DNA of 64,000 bases. Source: Octopus vulgaris. Its lineage: Eukaryota. The notes under the pieces were generated by a model, which saw nothing but the letters and a program-made list of their open reading frames with translations, did not search any database and had not been told where the DNA came from. Each line of letters starts with the position of its first letter. Positions within the stretch are counted from its first letter, which is position 1. This document shows, piece after piece, positions 23,065 to 35,879 of the stretch. The stretch is from the NCBI GenBank assembly GCA_951406725.2, contig OX597840.1:14198001-14262000 (forward strand), written 5' to 3'. The position numbers were made by a program, and so were the translations under genes.

Positions 23065-23990
23065 GAAACTTCTTTCAAAATTCCTATTTTGGTTTTTTTC
23101 ACACATTAACTTGTGTCGGTTGAATTATGTAAAATGTTAGAGAAAGAAGCCTAGTTGTTTCTTGCAATACATACCAACACATACATCTAAAACAAACATT
23201 TTTCAGAGGCCCTTAAAATACTACTGTAGGTCACCAGTTTACTATTTTCCTTGCGTGGACCCTCTTTGATTATTATTTTATTCTGGTGGACCCCATAGCC
23301 ATTCGATATTTAAAAACTAGTTTTATAGAAACTTATTTCAAAATCCCTATTTTGTTTTTCACACATGAACTTGTGTTGGTAGAATCATGTCAAATGTTAG
23401 AGAAAGAAACCTGGCTGTTTCATGCAATCTCTCTCTCTCTCTCTCTCTCCCTTGTGTCATGGCACGCAACATCACCCAGGTCTTTCTTGCTCTGCACATT
23501 CATTCTCTTCTTCATCCAGCCGAACATCTTCATTCTCTGCCTCCCTCTCACTCTCCTTCCCACCAACTCAGTCTCCACCATGTATTGCTCCATTCCATCA
23601 TCCTCTCTGGGAAAATGACCAACAAATCTCCACTGTCTCTCTCTGATAGTATCCATCTCTTGCAATACATAACCAATACATACATCTAAAACAAAATTCC
23701 TTCACTATTGTAGACCTGCAATTTACTGTTTTCTCGTGTGGACCCCCAAAAATCTTATATGGACCCTAGTCGAGAACCACTGCCCTAAGCAGATGCTTAT
23801 TTTGCTTAATGTAAACCAAGCTGTTGTTGCAATACATACCAATACCTACATTTAAGGCAAAATTTTTTTCAGGGACCCTTAAAACACCATTGTGGATTTC
23901 CAGTTAAGTATTTTCATGCATGGTTCGCCAAAAAACTTATATTGACCCCCTCAGGAGCCATATGTGCCCTGGTTGAAAAATCATTCGTTT
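23065..23990. mobile_element. Cluster of three related hAT-like MITE fragments
   Basis: Repeated ttgcaatacata(a)ccaa(c/t)a...tacat(c/t)taa; end motifs gtcgagaaccactg and ggttgaaaaatcatt resemble hAT TIRs. Confidence 0.6.
23429..23657 (-). mobile_element. RTE LINE extreme 3' fragment with (GA)n tail, inserted into a MITE
   Basis: IRERQWRFVGHFPRE...GRRVRGRQRMKM; flanked by tcatgcaat / tcttgcaat; uninterrupted paralogue near 23160. Confidence 0.75.
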
Positions 23991-24340
23991 AGGGGTTCTT
24001 TCATTGGTTGGTGGACAACACCTAGCTCTTCACCTTTTATCTGCTTACACCCCCACCATCCTCCTCCACCACCTACATATCAAGTGCCTCCCCCACTATC
24101 TCAATGATAAGCTTATCATTTGAGATTGAAGACAATGATGGTGGTGGTGGTGGTAGGTATGTTGAAGTGATGTGGTGACGGTGGTGGTAGTGATGGTATC
24201 AGGGAGACATAAAGGTTATTGTTCCTCCTCCTCCTCCCCCTTCAATCAAATTGAATCCTTTGGCTGAATGAGCGACTGGGGTTGGTGCATTTGAAGTAGC
24301 ATCCATTGAGTCAACACATACAATGTTCACACGTGTTAGT

Positions 24341-24373
<33 letters not shown>

Positions 24374-24899
24374 ATGTAGAAGCTATCCTATTGACTCATG
24401 TACTTCAGTTCTGATTAACCAAATCTATGATCAAAGGCATTCCATCCATGACCATCACATTTTAATTTTAGACATTATATGGGATTACGTTATTCAAAGT
24501 GTCCTTCTTTCAACATTGGTGGGTATGAAATGAAGAATATTTGGTTGATATTTCTAACAGTTCAAGTGATCCTATACAAACGTTTGAGTTGTTATTTAGC
24601 CTGGTCAGAGCTACTCTAGAAGTCTTTTGAAGATCATTAGCATTCTAAGTATGACCATCCCTTCTCATTTTAGAATTAGATTATCCATTTACAACCCTAA
24701 TCGTTTGAGCAAGCCCCTACCAATACCAGAGACTTGAAAGGGTTCAGAAGGTAGAGGGTCAGAAAGGCAAAAGAAGATCACTGTGTGAAAAAAGTAGGGC
24801 TTACATGCCACGGACAATGGATAAAGTGGGACCCTGCATTAAGCAACTGTGGTCCTGGAGAAACTCAGGAGTACTGATTTTTATTTATTTATTTATGTG

Positions 24900-25200
24900 C
24901 TCTTTTCAAGCCTAGCCAGGCCCATGAACCCAGTTTCTCAGTTTCTGTGGCATATGTGTTTCCCCAAGCTGGATGGGACGCCAGTCCATCACAGTGTTAC
25001 TCAAGAGACAGGAAGAGAGAGTGAGAGAAAGTTGGGGCGAAAGAGTACAATAGGGTTCGCCACCATCCTCTGCCGGAACCTCGTGGAGCTTTTAGGTGTT
25101 TTCACTCAATAAACAAACACAATGCCCAGTCTGGGGATCGAAACTGCGATCCTCTTACTGCGAGTCCACTGCCCTAACCACTGGGCCATTGCACCTCCGT
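24900..25200 (-). mobile_element. Family C SINE
   Basis: Minus head ggaggtgcaatggcccagtggttagggcagtggactcgc; ggagtactgatt flanks both sides. Confidence 0.8.
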
Positions 25201-25214
25201 GGAGTACTGATTAG

Positions 25215-26200
25215 GGGAAGATATCTTCTTCTGTGCTGGCAGACCTCATGCTAACCTCAAGCAACCTTAAAATCTGGGGTAAAGAAGTGAACCCATCCTG
25301 TGACTTATGTGTATTAACTGTTTGCATTTTGAATCACATTTCGACTGGATGCCTTAAGGTACTAGAAGACCAACACAAGCAGAGACTTAACAAAATCCTT
25401 ACAGAGACTGCAGAATGGACAGATTTGCTGAGAATTAAGTTCTACAAACAGGAATCACCATTCAGAATATCATTTAAAGGGAAGTGATAAAGCTTCTGAA
25501 CCCAAAGCAACTGAGGGGAGGCCATTTTCTATTTTATATCAGTCCCCAGACTGGGAGATGCAAGTAGATTTAACTCTTTCATTACTGTATTTATTTTGAG
25601 ATGCTCTGTGTTTCTCTCAATTATTTTAGATATAACAAAGAATTTAGTAAAATAACTTAGTTATTGTTAAGTTAATGTTAGGAACATAAATTGTGACTAA
25701 AGTTTGGTGAAAGATTTTAATTCAGAACTTTTGAAAACAAGACATTTGTACTACAGAGCCAGAGCCGGTTTCAGCCGGGTTGGTAATGAAAGGGTTAAAG
25801 GCTACAATCATTGTAACATCACTTCAACCAGACATGTTCTTTCTGTTCAGGATCACAAGAATGATCATCAAGAATGAACTCACAGCACTGGAAGAACAGA
25901 TTCGCCATTTGTTATCAACTGAAGAAAATTAAATATCAGGACTTGGTCAATTAGGTTCGTGTCAAAAGGATGGCATGTTCTCTATTGAAAGCAGATACTA
26001 CAGTTTCCTCATGAGGTCAGTGTAGTATGTTCCTCAGACAATGGAACCCAAACTGAAGAAAGTCATTCATGAAATAATCATCAGAGATGGGACCAGCTGA
26101 ACCCCTTCCTGGAAATGCACAGGTAAATTCAGCCTGCATTGCATCAGTCAGGTGAAAGGATGAAACACTCATCACCCTGAGATACCTACTGAAGATGCAG
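25215..26200 (+). mobile_element. Degenerate restriction-like-endonuclease non-LTR retrotransposon 3' part (Hero/NeSL/R2-group-like)
   Basis: NLKIWG...PSCDLC...LNHISTGC (CCHC knuckle), PDWEMQVDL, TSLQPDM...ELTALEE, KKIKYQDL (PD-D/ExK RLE motifs). Confidence 0.75.
25574..25794. mobile_element. piggyBac-type MITE nested in the RLE retrotransposon
   Basis: TTAA at 25570-73 and 25795-98; TIRs ctctttcattact / ggtaatgaaaggg. Confidence 0.85.
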
Positions 26201-26394
26201 AAGGGATCCAAGCAATGTGATAGATTTAGTTATCATCGAGAGAAAGAGCTTAAGTGTCGCTCCTGCAGTTTCTGTTTGCAGCAAAAAGTCTCTGACGTTT
26301 GCTTTATTTTAACATGTGCATTAATACATATATGTGTAGATATATATACTTATGTAAAAATAGATATATATATGCATATGTGTATGTATATGTA

Positions 26395-26475
26395 TTTATA
26401 TATGATACAATATAATATATATAGATATATATAATATAATATATATATGATATAATATATATATATATAATATAC

Positions 26476-26550
<75 letters not shown>
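26395..26550. repeat. Long (TA)n microsatellite
   Basis: Direct reading. Confidence 0.95.
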
Positions 26551-26554
<4 letters not shown>

Positions 26555-26822
26555 CTTTGAACACCCATAATTGATGCCTCAGGTAAGACTGATTACTTCA
26601 GGATCTGTGGGGAAGTGGGGTATGAAGGTGGATGGTAGGGGTATTAAAAAGTACTCAGGATTATTGGAGAAGATGGTGGTGTGGTGTAGTTTTACAAGTG
26701 ATAAGGAGATCATGTGACATGTACCCTAGTAACATCTACCCAGTTACTTCCTTACAGCTGCAAGGTAAAACTGAAAAAAAAAAAAACACAAGTAGATGAC
26801 TTATGAATCTCACACACACACA

Positions 26823-26853
<31 letters not shown>

Positions 26854-27849
26854 GCATACACACGCACACATGCGCACATGCTGTGTCTCTGTCACCCTCT
26901 CTTTTTGTCTCACACACACAACTCACTTTCTCTTCCCCCCCTCTGCCTTTCATTCACACACACTTACACACACACTCACACACACTTTATGTACACAAAC
27001 ACACCTATAATTTTATCAGGGTTTCTAGATTACAAAAAGCAGGATATACAAAGGAAACGACAGACATTTAAGTCATATAATTCTAAGCTGATACTTTAAA
27101 ACTGACCCAAAGGTAAATACCTGTCTTTCTTTTCACCTGTATCGTTTTCAATATTCCTCTGCATCTGAGCTCTGTATCCAAGCTCATCAGCATCACCGTT
27201 AACACTCTTGGCAAAATACTTAGTGGCATTTTACCCATCTTTATGTTCTGGGTTCAAATTCTACCGAGGTTGACTTTGCCTTTCATTCTTTCAGGGTCAA
27301 TAAAATCTGTCCCAGTCAAGCATTGGGGTCAATATAATCAACTAGCCTTCAGCCCCTGATTTCAGGCGTTGTGCCTATAATTGCCTATAGTAGAAAAGAG
27401 GCCTTCCTGTATCAGGAGGATCACACTCTATCATCCTCTCTGCCCCCTTTTTTTTTAAGCCTTTGTATCCTATGCATATGTCCCTTCTTTTTCAGTGTGT
27501 ACCATGTATACTTTCTTTCCTTTTTTTCTTCTTTTTATCATTTCATTATTATATGTAAACCCTTACACTTTATATCTGTCTTTGTATTGTCCCACTCATC
27601 CTTCGCCCTGGTGGCAAATAAATGAAATCATCATCATCATCATCATTATTATTATTATTGTTATGTTTTTTCCTTCTTTCTTCAAATTTTCTTCCGTTTC
27701 TCACCTCCGAGTGTTCTCCATACACCTAGGGCAGAGAAGGGCATTGTATGCATTCCCAGATTACCCGCGCAAATTCACTGATAAAATATGTATTTAAAAA
27801 TTAATAAATAAATAAATTCATGGATGGATGTTATTTTCACAGTGTTATT

Positions 27850-28255
27850 GTCTGCCATTACGTTCTGAGTTCAAATTCCGCCGAGGTCGACTTTGCCTTT
27901 TATCCTTTCGGGGTCAATAAATTAAGTACCAGTTATGCACTGAGGTCGATGTAATCGACTTAATCCGTTTCTCTGTCCTTGTTTGTCCCCTCTGTGTTTA
28001 GCCCCTTGTGGGTAGTAAAGAAATATATTATTATTATTATTCAAGGCAGCAAGCAGGCAGAATCATTAGCATACCAGGCAGAATGCTTAGCATTTTGTCC
28101 ATTCTTAAATTCTGAGTTCAAATGCCACCAAGGTCGACTTTGCCTTTCATCCTTTCGGGGTCAATGAAATAAGTACCAGTTATGTACTGGGGTCGATGTG
28201 ATTGACTAGCCCTCTTCCCTAAAATTTCAAGCCTTGTGTCTATAGTAGAAAGGAT
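27850..28255 (+). mobile_element. Two family B SINEs with different 3' tails
   Basis: Shared core; tails ...ccccttgtgggtagtaaagaaata versus ...gccttgtgtctatagtagaaagg. Confidence 0.8.
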
Positions 28256-28266
28256 TATTATTATTA

Positions 28267-28739
28267 CTAGCTGGCCCCATGCCATCAAAAATGATGGCTA
28301 ATTGTAGTATGGTATATATAAATATGGATGGTAAATCAAATTAATACACTTTTCAATGTTATCTAGTGGTTGTCTTTTGAGATGTGACATCGATCATCAT
28401 TTGCTACTGAAAGAATGCTGGTTCACACATACAAACATTCACATACTTCCCTTGTACATGCACACACACATATATACATATACTCACACAGAGTTGAAAC
28501 GCTGTTTGATTTTTTTCTTTTCGGCATTGAATGTTCACCATCCCACTTCCATTGAACACACACACACACAAACGTTCACATACCCGCCTTTTACATACAC
28601 ACACATATACTCACACGGAGCTGAAATGCTCCCACTACCAGTTTGCCATCACCCCTTCCTTCCTTATTCATCTATCACCCCTTCCTTTCTCGTTCACATG
28701 TTGTGACAGAGAAAAACACAAGAGTATTATTATAGTAGA
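28267..28739 (-). mobile_element. Non-autonomous Helitron
   Basis: Minus strand A|TCTACTATAATAA ... gccatca-tttt-tgatggc hairpin ... CTAG|T; no TSD. Confidence 0.85.
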
Positions 28740-29319
28740 TAATTATCATCATCATTATCATCATCATCATCATCATGGCAATGGCTAATAGAATTGTTAG
28801 CACAGTGGAGAAAATGCTTAGCAGCTTTTCATGCGTCTTTATGTTCTGAATACAAACCCTGCCAGGCTCCACCAGGCCTTTCATCTCTTCCAGGGTCGAT
28901 AACCCAAGCACCAGTTGAATACTGGGGTCCATGTAATCGACTCACCCCTCTCCCCACTCACCCCAAATTGCTGGCCTTGTACCAAAATTTGAAACCATTA
29001 TTATTAATATTGATTCAACCCACTCTCACTCTTATTCCTGGGAGTATTCTTGTGGATTATGTGTATTACTCCCTGTCACCTTAGCTATCCACAATCTTTC
29101 AATAGTCTTTCAAGTGATTAGAACCCTCCTGATAATCATCTTTCCTCTCCCTAAGACTCCACAAGACATTCGATTCCAATCTCATTCAACCATTTCTCTA
29201 TATCTTTGCTTACAGTTTCCAATGCACCAATTTATTAAAGGCAAAACTTTTACAGTTTTCATGTTCAAAATTCTTGTAATTTCAAATTTTAAGGGATTTA
29301 TTATTATTATTGTTATTAT

Positions 29320-29504
29320 TATTGTTGTTGTCGTGGTTTTGACATCATCTTCATTGTTATTATAATGTCATTCTTCTTCTTCGTCATCGTCGTCTACTTC
29401 TTCTTCTCCTCCTCCCCCTATTCCCCTCCTCCTTTTCTTCTTCTTCTTTTCTTCTTCTTCTCCTCCTCCTCCTTCGTCTCTTCTTCTTCTTCTTCTTCTT
29501 CTTC

Positions 29505-29538
<34 letters not shown>

Positions 29539-29540
29539 GC
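29320..29540. repeat. Compound (TCT/CCT/TTA)n microsatellite
   Basis: Direct reading. Confidence 0.9.
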
Positions 29541-29997
29541 AGAGAGCCAAAACAAATGCCACAAAAATATGTTGTGGTGTTTGCTCCAACTTTTTACATT
29601 TTGAGTTCAAGTCTCACTGTGGTTAGCTTTATCTTTTATTTTTGTCTTTTTATCCATCACCACCACCACCACCACCATCATCATCATTCTTTTCACTTCT
29701 ACGTGAGTTTCTACTGCAACACGAGGCGTACCCACATGTTTCTGAGACACTTGCTAGAATTGTGCTTTGAGAATATAACAGTTGTTTGCTTTCTGCAACT
29801 GTTTTGCATGTTTGTATTGGTTTGTTTCATTTCTGGGGGCTATTTTATCATTAATTGGGTGTAATATGAGTTGTGTTGAATGTGTGTGGTAGTATGTGTT
29901 AAGCAATGAGTGTGTAGAATATTTCCTATGTGGGTTGATGAATTGAATTTGTACTACAAAAGGATGTAGGCTGCCTTTAGCAAGATATAAATCCTGT

Positions 29998-30067
29998 TAT
30001 AATGATAATAATAATGATAGTAATAGTAATAATAATAATAATAATAATAATGATAGTAATAATAATA

Positions 30068-30102
<35 letters not shown>

Positions 30103-30145
30103 GATAGTAATAATAATAATGATAATAATGATAGTTATAATAATT
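29998..30145. repeat. (TAA)n tract with periodic gatagt interruptions
   Basis: Direct reading. Confidence 0.9.
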
Positions 30146-30357
30146 GTAATTAGTTATTATTATTATTAGTGTTATTATTGTTACAATTAAAGATGATGGT
30201 TAACAGAATTAGTGCAGTGCCAGAGAAAATGCACTATTTAATCATATGTCTATATATTTTCCTGTTAACTTCCCTTTACATCATTCTGTGGTCAAGGAAA
30301 TACCCTTTCACCCAAGTTTGTGACTTTGTGACAGAGCTTGGAGTAATAATAATAATC

Positions 30358-31150
30358 AGTTTGCAAGAGATACAAACACCAAGATAGATACAGAAGTCTG
30401 GGGGCTATTGATGAGGAGGAGTGACCTGAAGATAGAATCAGAAGCACTTACATGTGCAGCATAAGAACAAGCATTAAGGACTAACTATGTGACGTGCGGA
30501 ATTGACAACACTACCAACAGCGATTAATGTGGAGTGTGTGGAAGGGAAGGGTGAAATGGTATGGCATATCGTTAGCGAATACCTGAAATTAACACAATGC
30601 GAATACAAAAGGCAACATGACATTGTGACAAGAACAATCCATTGGGAGTTCTATGGAAATCCCAGCCTATAAAAAGCAAAGATGTGATATGAGAATTACA
30701 AAATCCTGTGGGATGCAATGATTCAGTGCAGTCACCTGACCAGACACTTGAAACTGGACATTGTTGTGATGGAAAATAAAGAACATACATGATAGTCAGC
30801 ATGGCATACCCTGGTGACAGCAGGATCAATGAGTAAAAAAGAAGAAAAAATGAATAATTACGATGATTTGAAGTGGGGAAATACGAAGGCTGTGTTCAAT
30901 GAAGAGCATAGACGTGATGCCAATAGTAATTGGTGCACTTGGGCATATCAGCACTCAACTACCAACATGGCTGAAAAAGATTGGTGCAAGTGTAAAGGTA
31001 GAACGCCTACAAAAATCAACATTGCTTGGAACTGCAAGAATTCTTCGCAGGGTTCTTGAAATATGACCAGCAAACAAGCGTCACCTTTGCTGGTTATGGG
31101 CAGTTGACACTTTCCATCACACCCAGCAAAATAAGCTGAGAGTTTTCATC
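30358..31150 (+). mobile_element. R4/Dong-like non-LTR retrotransposon 3' remnant
   Basis: SDLKIESEALTCAA*EQALRTNY...CGVC...HIVSE..KLTQCEYKRQHD; KILWD; DIVV; PGDSRI; YDDLKW; PIVIGALG; LQKSTLLGTARILRRVLEI*; TAA-type repeats on both sides. Confidence 0.88.
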
Positions 31151-31246
31151 AAATAATGATGATGATAATGGTAATAATAATAACAACAACAAATTCAATC
31201 GTGTATTTTAATTAATTTTTTTTTTCACCTAACTTCATTTTATAGC

Positions 31247-31770
31247 CCTTCTTTCTCACTTCTTACATCCTGTTTTTGGCATGGCTCCTATCATTCCAAA
31301 CACCAAACCTTTACAGAGTGCACTGGGTCCATTTTAGCACAGCACCAAACAATGGAGAGGTTGTCATGCCAAACATCAGACTAAAATCTTCCCTCATCAC
31401 TAAGTTATCTCTCCCTTCATTTGCCATCCACTTTGCAGAGTGTATTGAGTGCATTTAATCATGTCAGTGGTTTTCAACCAGGGTTCTGCGGAACCTTAGG
31501 GTTCTGCCAGTACAGTCCAGGAGTTCTGCAAGAAGTTACAAAAATGCTAAAATTGACAGTAATTTTTAATTCTCCTGTGCAGATATGTGTGCATAGGACA
31601 ATTAAATTGTTGCACAGGGGTTCCTCGAGCCAGTGGAATGTTTTCTTGGGGTTCCGCTCCAGCAAAAAGTTTGAAAAGCATTTAATCATGTGATTAATTC
31701 TGTTGAGATTACCTTTTGAGCCAAAAGGCTGAGAGCCCCCACTATCTTGCTGCATCCCTGTCAAAAATAG
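31247..31770 (+). repeat. Local duplication, copy 1 (contains a MITE)
   Basis: Closely matches 33893-34190 apart from the insertion. Confidence 0.9.
31465..31683. mobile_element. hAT-type MITE
   Basis: TIRs cagtggttttcaacc / gtttgaaaagcattt; TSD aatcatgt at 31457-64 and 31684-91; empty site in copy 2. Confidence 0.88.
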
Positions 31771-32175
31771 ACGTGGCTGTGTAGTAAGAAGCTTGCTTCC
31801 CAACCACATTGTTCATGGTTCTGTCCCCTTGTGTGGCACCTTGAGCAAGTGTCTTCTACTATAGCCTTGGGCTGACAAAAGCTTTGTGAGTGGATTTGGT
31901 AGATGGAAACTAAAAGAAGCTTGTCGTATATATGTATATGTATATATATGTGTATGTGTGTGTATATGTTTGTCTCCTCACTATTTGCTTGTCAACCGAT
32001 GTTAGTGTGTTCATGTCCCTGTATCTTTGCAGTTTGGCAAAAGAGACCAATAAAATAAGTACTAGGCTAACAAGGATTAAGTCCTGGGGCCAATTTCTTT
32101 GACAAAAATACCCTTTAAGGTGATGCTCCAGCATGGGCACAGTCAAATGACTGAAACAAGTAAAAGAATTAAGGA
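31770..32175 (+). mobile_element. Family A SINE
   Basis: Head and tail both present. Confidence 0.85.
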
Positions 32176-33892
32176 ATATATATCTAAGTAAGAAATTAAA
32201 ATCTTAACTGATGTTTTAATGATGTTTCTTAATGGTGTTTTTTAAAGAATTTAAGAATATTAGAATAAATATAATTCAATATTATCACCAGAAATATATG
32301 TTTTATACAAAATGTAGGGTTGCAATTACTTGGAATTGTCTGCAATAATGTTTCTGAAAGTTATATTTTGCTGTGGAAGTTTGATAAGATTTTTCTAAAA
32401 TTGCGGAAGTCATTATTTTACAAAAAATCCTTACAGTTACTCTAATTTCAACATGACATTAAATGAAAGAAAACTTGTTCTGGGGAGAGAAATTATATAT
32501 TTAAAAATGTACTTTTAAAGTAGTGAATGTCCTTTTTATAAAATATATTTTCATTTAAATCCTGTACTGCAAAAATTAGATATTCCCCCTTAAAATGTCA
32601 TTACCCTTAACTGTGGACAGGAATTTTATATAGCAATCTCTCTGTTGTTGAAGAATGTCAATGTTTGGAGCTATTTCCCATTGAGATTTGTCGAGTTCAT
32701 TGAGGCAACATGACCTGCAGGGAATATCAATTCTATTTCTTTTTTTTTTTTTTGGTAGATATTTGACATCATTACTGGAATGACCATGAAATTTAATTTT
32801 ACAGCCAAAGGGTTAATTTTATTAGTGATAACTACATTTTGTGGAATGCCAGAATTCTTTTAGGAATGCTGAATGTTTTTCTTTGATTCCATTAAAAAAA
32901 AAAAGACTTCTAGGAGAATATCTGATAGAAGATAAAGAACTTTTGATGGCAATGTTTAGAAACTCATCTAAACAGCTAAGAAAGTTCTTTTAACATTATT
33001 ATGAGTTACATCTTTGGTAAATAGAATTTCCCTCTCTTGCAATGACAGTTATAATTTTGTGAAATTCCAACATGATATTTCAATGTCTTCTTTTGAAGCT
33101 ATCAGCCCTTTAGAATCATTCAATAATTTACTTTTAGAAAGGAGTAAAAAAAAGATAAAAATTAAATCATAAATTTCTCAATTTTGTTTTGTATCTAAAA
33201 ATATGACAGTTGTAACACTATCAAGATATAACGTGACATTATTTTGATTTCATTCCAAAGAAATGTTATCCATCATCACTGCTTTATGCTAAAAGTTTTT
33301 TGACTATCCCTGCCCCATACAAACCTGTCTGATGATTCCTCTTCCATGTCACTACTTTCCTGCCTTTCTACTTTCTCGTTATACAAGACATCCACCCCAA
33401 TTCTTAAATCATATACAAGCAATGAACAATACTTTAGTAATATTATTATTATTTATAACAAATATAATTATTTGTCTAACCCATGCTAGCATGGAAAAAT
33501 GGACATGAAGGAACAAATATGCAATATTTTTTTACCAGATTGTTTATTACTATTTGTTTCTGAAGAATTGCAGCTTGGAACTGCAGTTACATTGTAATCT
33601 CGATCTGTTTAGACTTGTCTAATATACATGCACGCACACATACACACACAAACACACACACCACACACACCACACACACACATACAGACACATGCACACA
33701 CACACACAACATACACATGCACACACACATATACACACACACACACACAAACACACACACCATCACTTTACATTCACTTTTCATGCTGATATAAGATGGA
33801 CAGTTTGCCACTGTCTAAATCAGTTCTTATCCAGAATTTCTGTTCCCTGAGATTAGTTGGAGAACTTTGAGAAAGGAGTAAAGAATACTGCC

Positions 33893-34190
33893 CTCCTTTC
33901 TTCTCACTTACGTCTTGTTTTTGGCATGGCTCCTATCACTTGTTGCCCTTCCAAACACCAAACCTTTACAGAGTGCACTGGGTCCATTTTAGCACAGCAC
34001 CAAACAATGAAGAGGTTGTCATGCCATACGTCAGACTAAAAACTTCTCTCATCACTAAGTTATCTCTCCCTTCATTTGCCATCCACTTTGCAGAATGTAT
34101 TGAGTGCATTTAATCATGTGATTAATTCTGTTGAGATTACCTTTTGAACCAAAAGCCCCCACTATCTTGCTGCATCCCTGTCAAAAATAG
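33893..34190 (+). repeat. Local duplication, copy 2 (empty site)
   Basis: gcatttaatcatgtgattaattctg is contiguous here. Confidence 0.9.
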
Positions 34191-34272
34191 GTGCAGATAG
34201 ACATATATATATCTGGAGTAGATAAAGTCCAGCCTACATATGTTTCATAGCGAGCGGACTCTCAGAAGTGAG

Positions 34273-34455
34273 AAATATTGAAGCGAGGTGTATACTACAG
34301 GCTACCTGTCCAGCCAAGGATACCTTGAAAAAAATGAAGTTTACATTGTTGTAAGGAGGTGCATGTTTACAAATAAAGAAGATTGAAAAACTTCATGTTT
34401 CAAGATACCCTTGGCCTGAAAAGTAGCCTGCAGTATACACCTCACTTGGATATTT
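34273..34455. mobile_element. Fold-back MITE-like element between (TA)n tracts
   Basis: ~68-bp imperfect inverted arms aaatattgaagcgaggtgtatact...gaagttt / aaacttca...agtatacacctcacttggatattt. Confidence 0.7.
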
Positions 34456-34639
34456 ACCATTTCTTTATATATATATATATAGAATGGACTTCTTTCAGTT
34501 TCTATCTACCAAATCCACTCAGAATGCCATGCTGTGGAACTGAACCCATAACCATGTAGCTGGGAACCAAGCTTCTTACCACACATCTGGGCCTGCAGAA
34601 TTTGTCAAAGATACTTTTGCTGCAAATATTCCAACTGTA

Positions 34640-34900
34640 TTAGATAAATTTTTCATGTTCACATCGTGTTTCACAATGAAACAAAATACAGAATGCTTTT
34701 GAATACTAAAGATCACAATTTTCCAAAAGACATCTCTGGTTTCTCAATTTTATTAGCAATTTTGTCATCGAGATTTGCATTCCATTTCAACATGTTTCCA
34801 GAATGTATGAGGCAAGTTATATTTTACCATATATGGTTAGTTTATGATCCACATGAGGATCCACACAATGAAATTCCAGTGTAGGATTGACAAACAGAAA
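34640..34900 (-). mobile_element. Ancient RTE LINE RT remnant
   Basis: Minus frame HSGNMLKWNANLDDKIANKIEKPEMSFGKL resembles RTE YLGS..DDEI..RI.KAS.AFG.L. Confidence 0.45.
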
Positions 34901-35879
34901 TGGTTTTATGGAGATTTATTGTGAGGTATAACATGTTACATGACTATGAAATATTATTGATAAGAGTTTGACTGTTTGCACATTGATATTGAAACAATAT
35001 CCCTGTCATTTACACGAAAGAGGTCTTTTATCAGAGATTTTGTGAGTGATTTAGAATTCAGTCATTTAAGGCTGAATAACTTACCTGTTGTGTGGCTGCA
35101 TATATAAATATATAGATTCCCTATAGCAGAAGTCTTTCAAGGAATTATTGTGAAAAATATAGCAAACAGAAGAGAAGCAGTTATCTCACTATGTCTTACT
35201 GTTTTATCCCATCACTGATCATATATATATATTTAGATATATTACTATATATGTGTGTGTGTGTGATGGTGGTTACACACACAATGTTGATTAAAGTGTT
35301 AAGAAGACCACTATTCAATATTTATGTAGAATTTATTGGAACATAAACTTTCCGTGTATAGACTTTCAAGTTAATCTTAATTTACTGCAGAAGTCAGTGC
35401 ACGCATGTGTGTGCGGTAAACATATTCCATTACCTGGTTTAATCACATAGGCTGACTGTTGGTTGCCTTTTGTGAAGTTCAGTATGGTCTTTGGTTTCAG
35501 AAGTAAATTCCTGCCTCCCTCTCATTTGTCTCAAGAGCTCTGAGAAAAAAAAAATGGTTACAGAGGCTGCCCCTTCCTTCCCTGACACAACAATATATAT
35601 CATCATGATCAGCAGCTGATTTTCCATACTAGTATGGGTTGGCCAGGTTTTCTCCACCAACATATCACAGTTAAATTTCTTTCTTATCTCCTTTATGACG
35701 TTCAGCATCCCGAGATCAACTCTCACCGCTTCTGCTTCTGCTTCCTTGGAATTCCTCTTCCATACTTTCTTTCCACATGGATCTCCTTAAAAGCTCCGAT
35801 TCAATGTGTGTATTTATATATTTATATACACACACACACACACATATATACATACATATATATTCATATATATATTTAT

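Noticed and set aside
35085-35120. Minus-strand mini-exon with strong CAG|gtaagt donor
   Set aside because: Acceptor is ambiguous and weak; a lone donor match is expected by chance in 64 kb.
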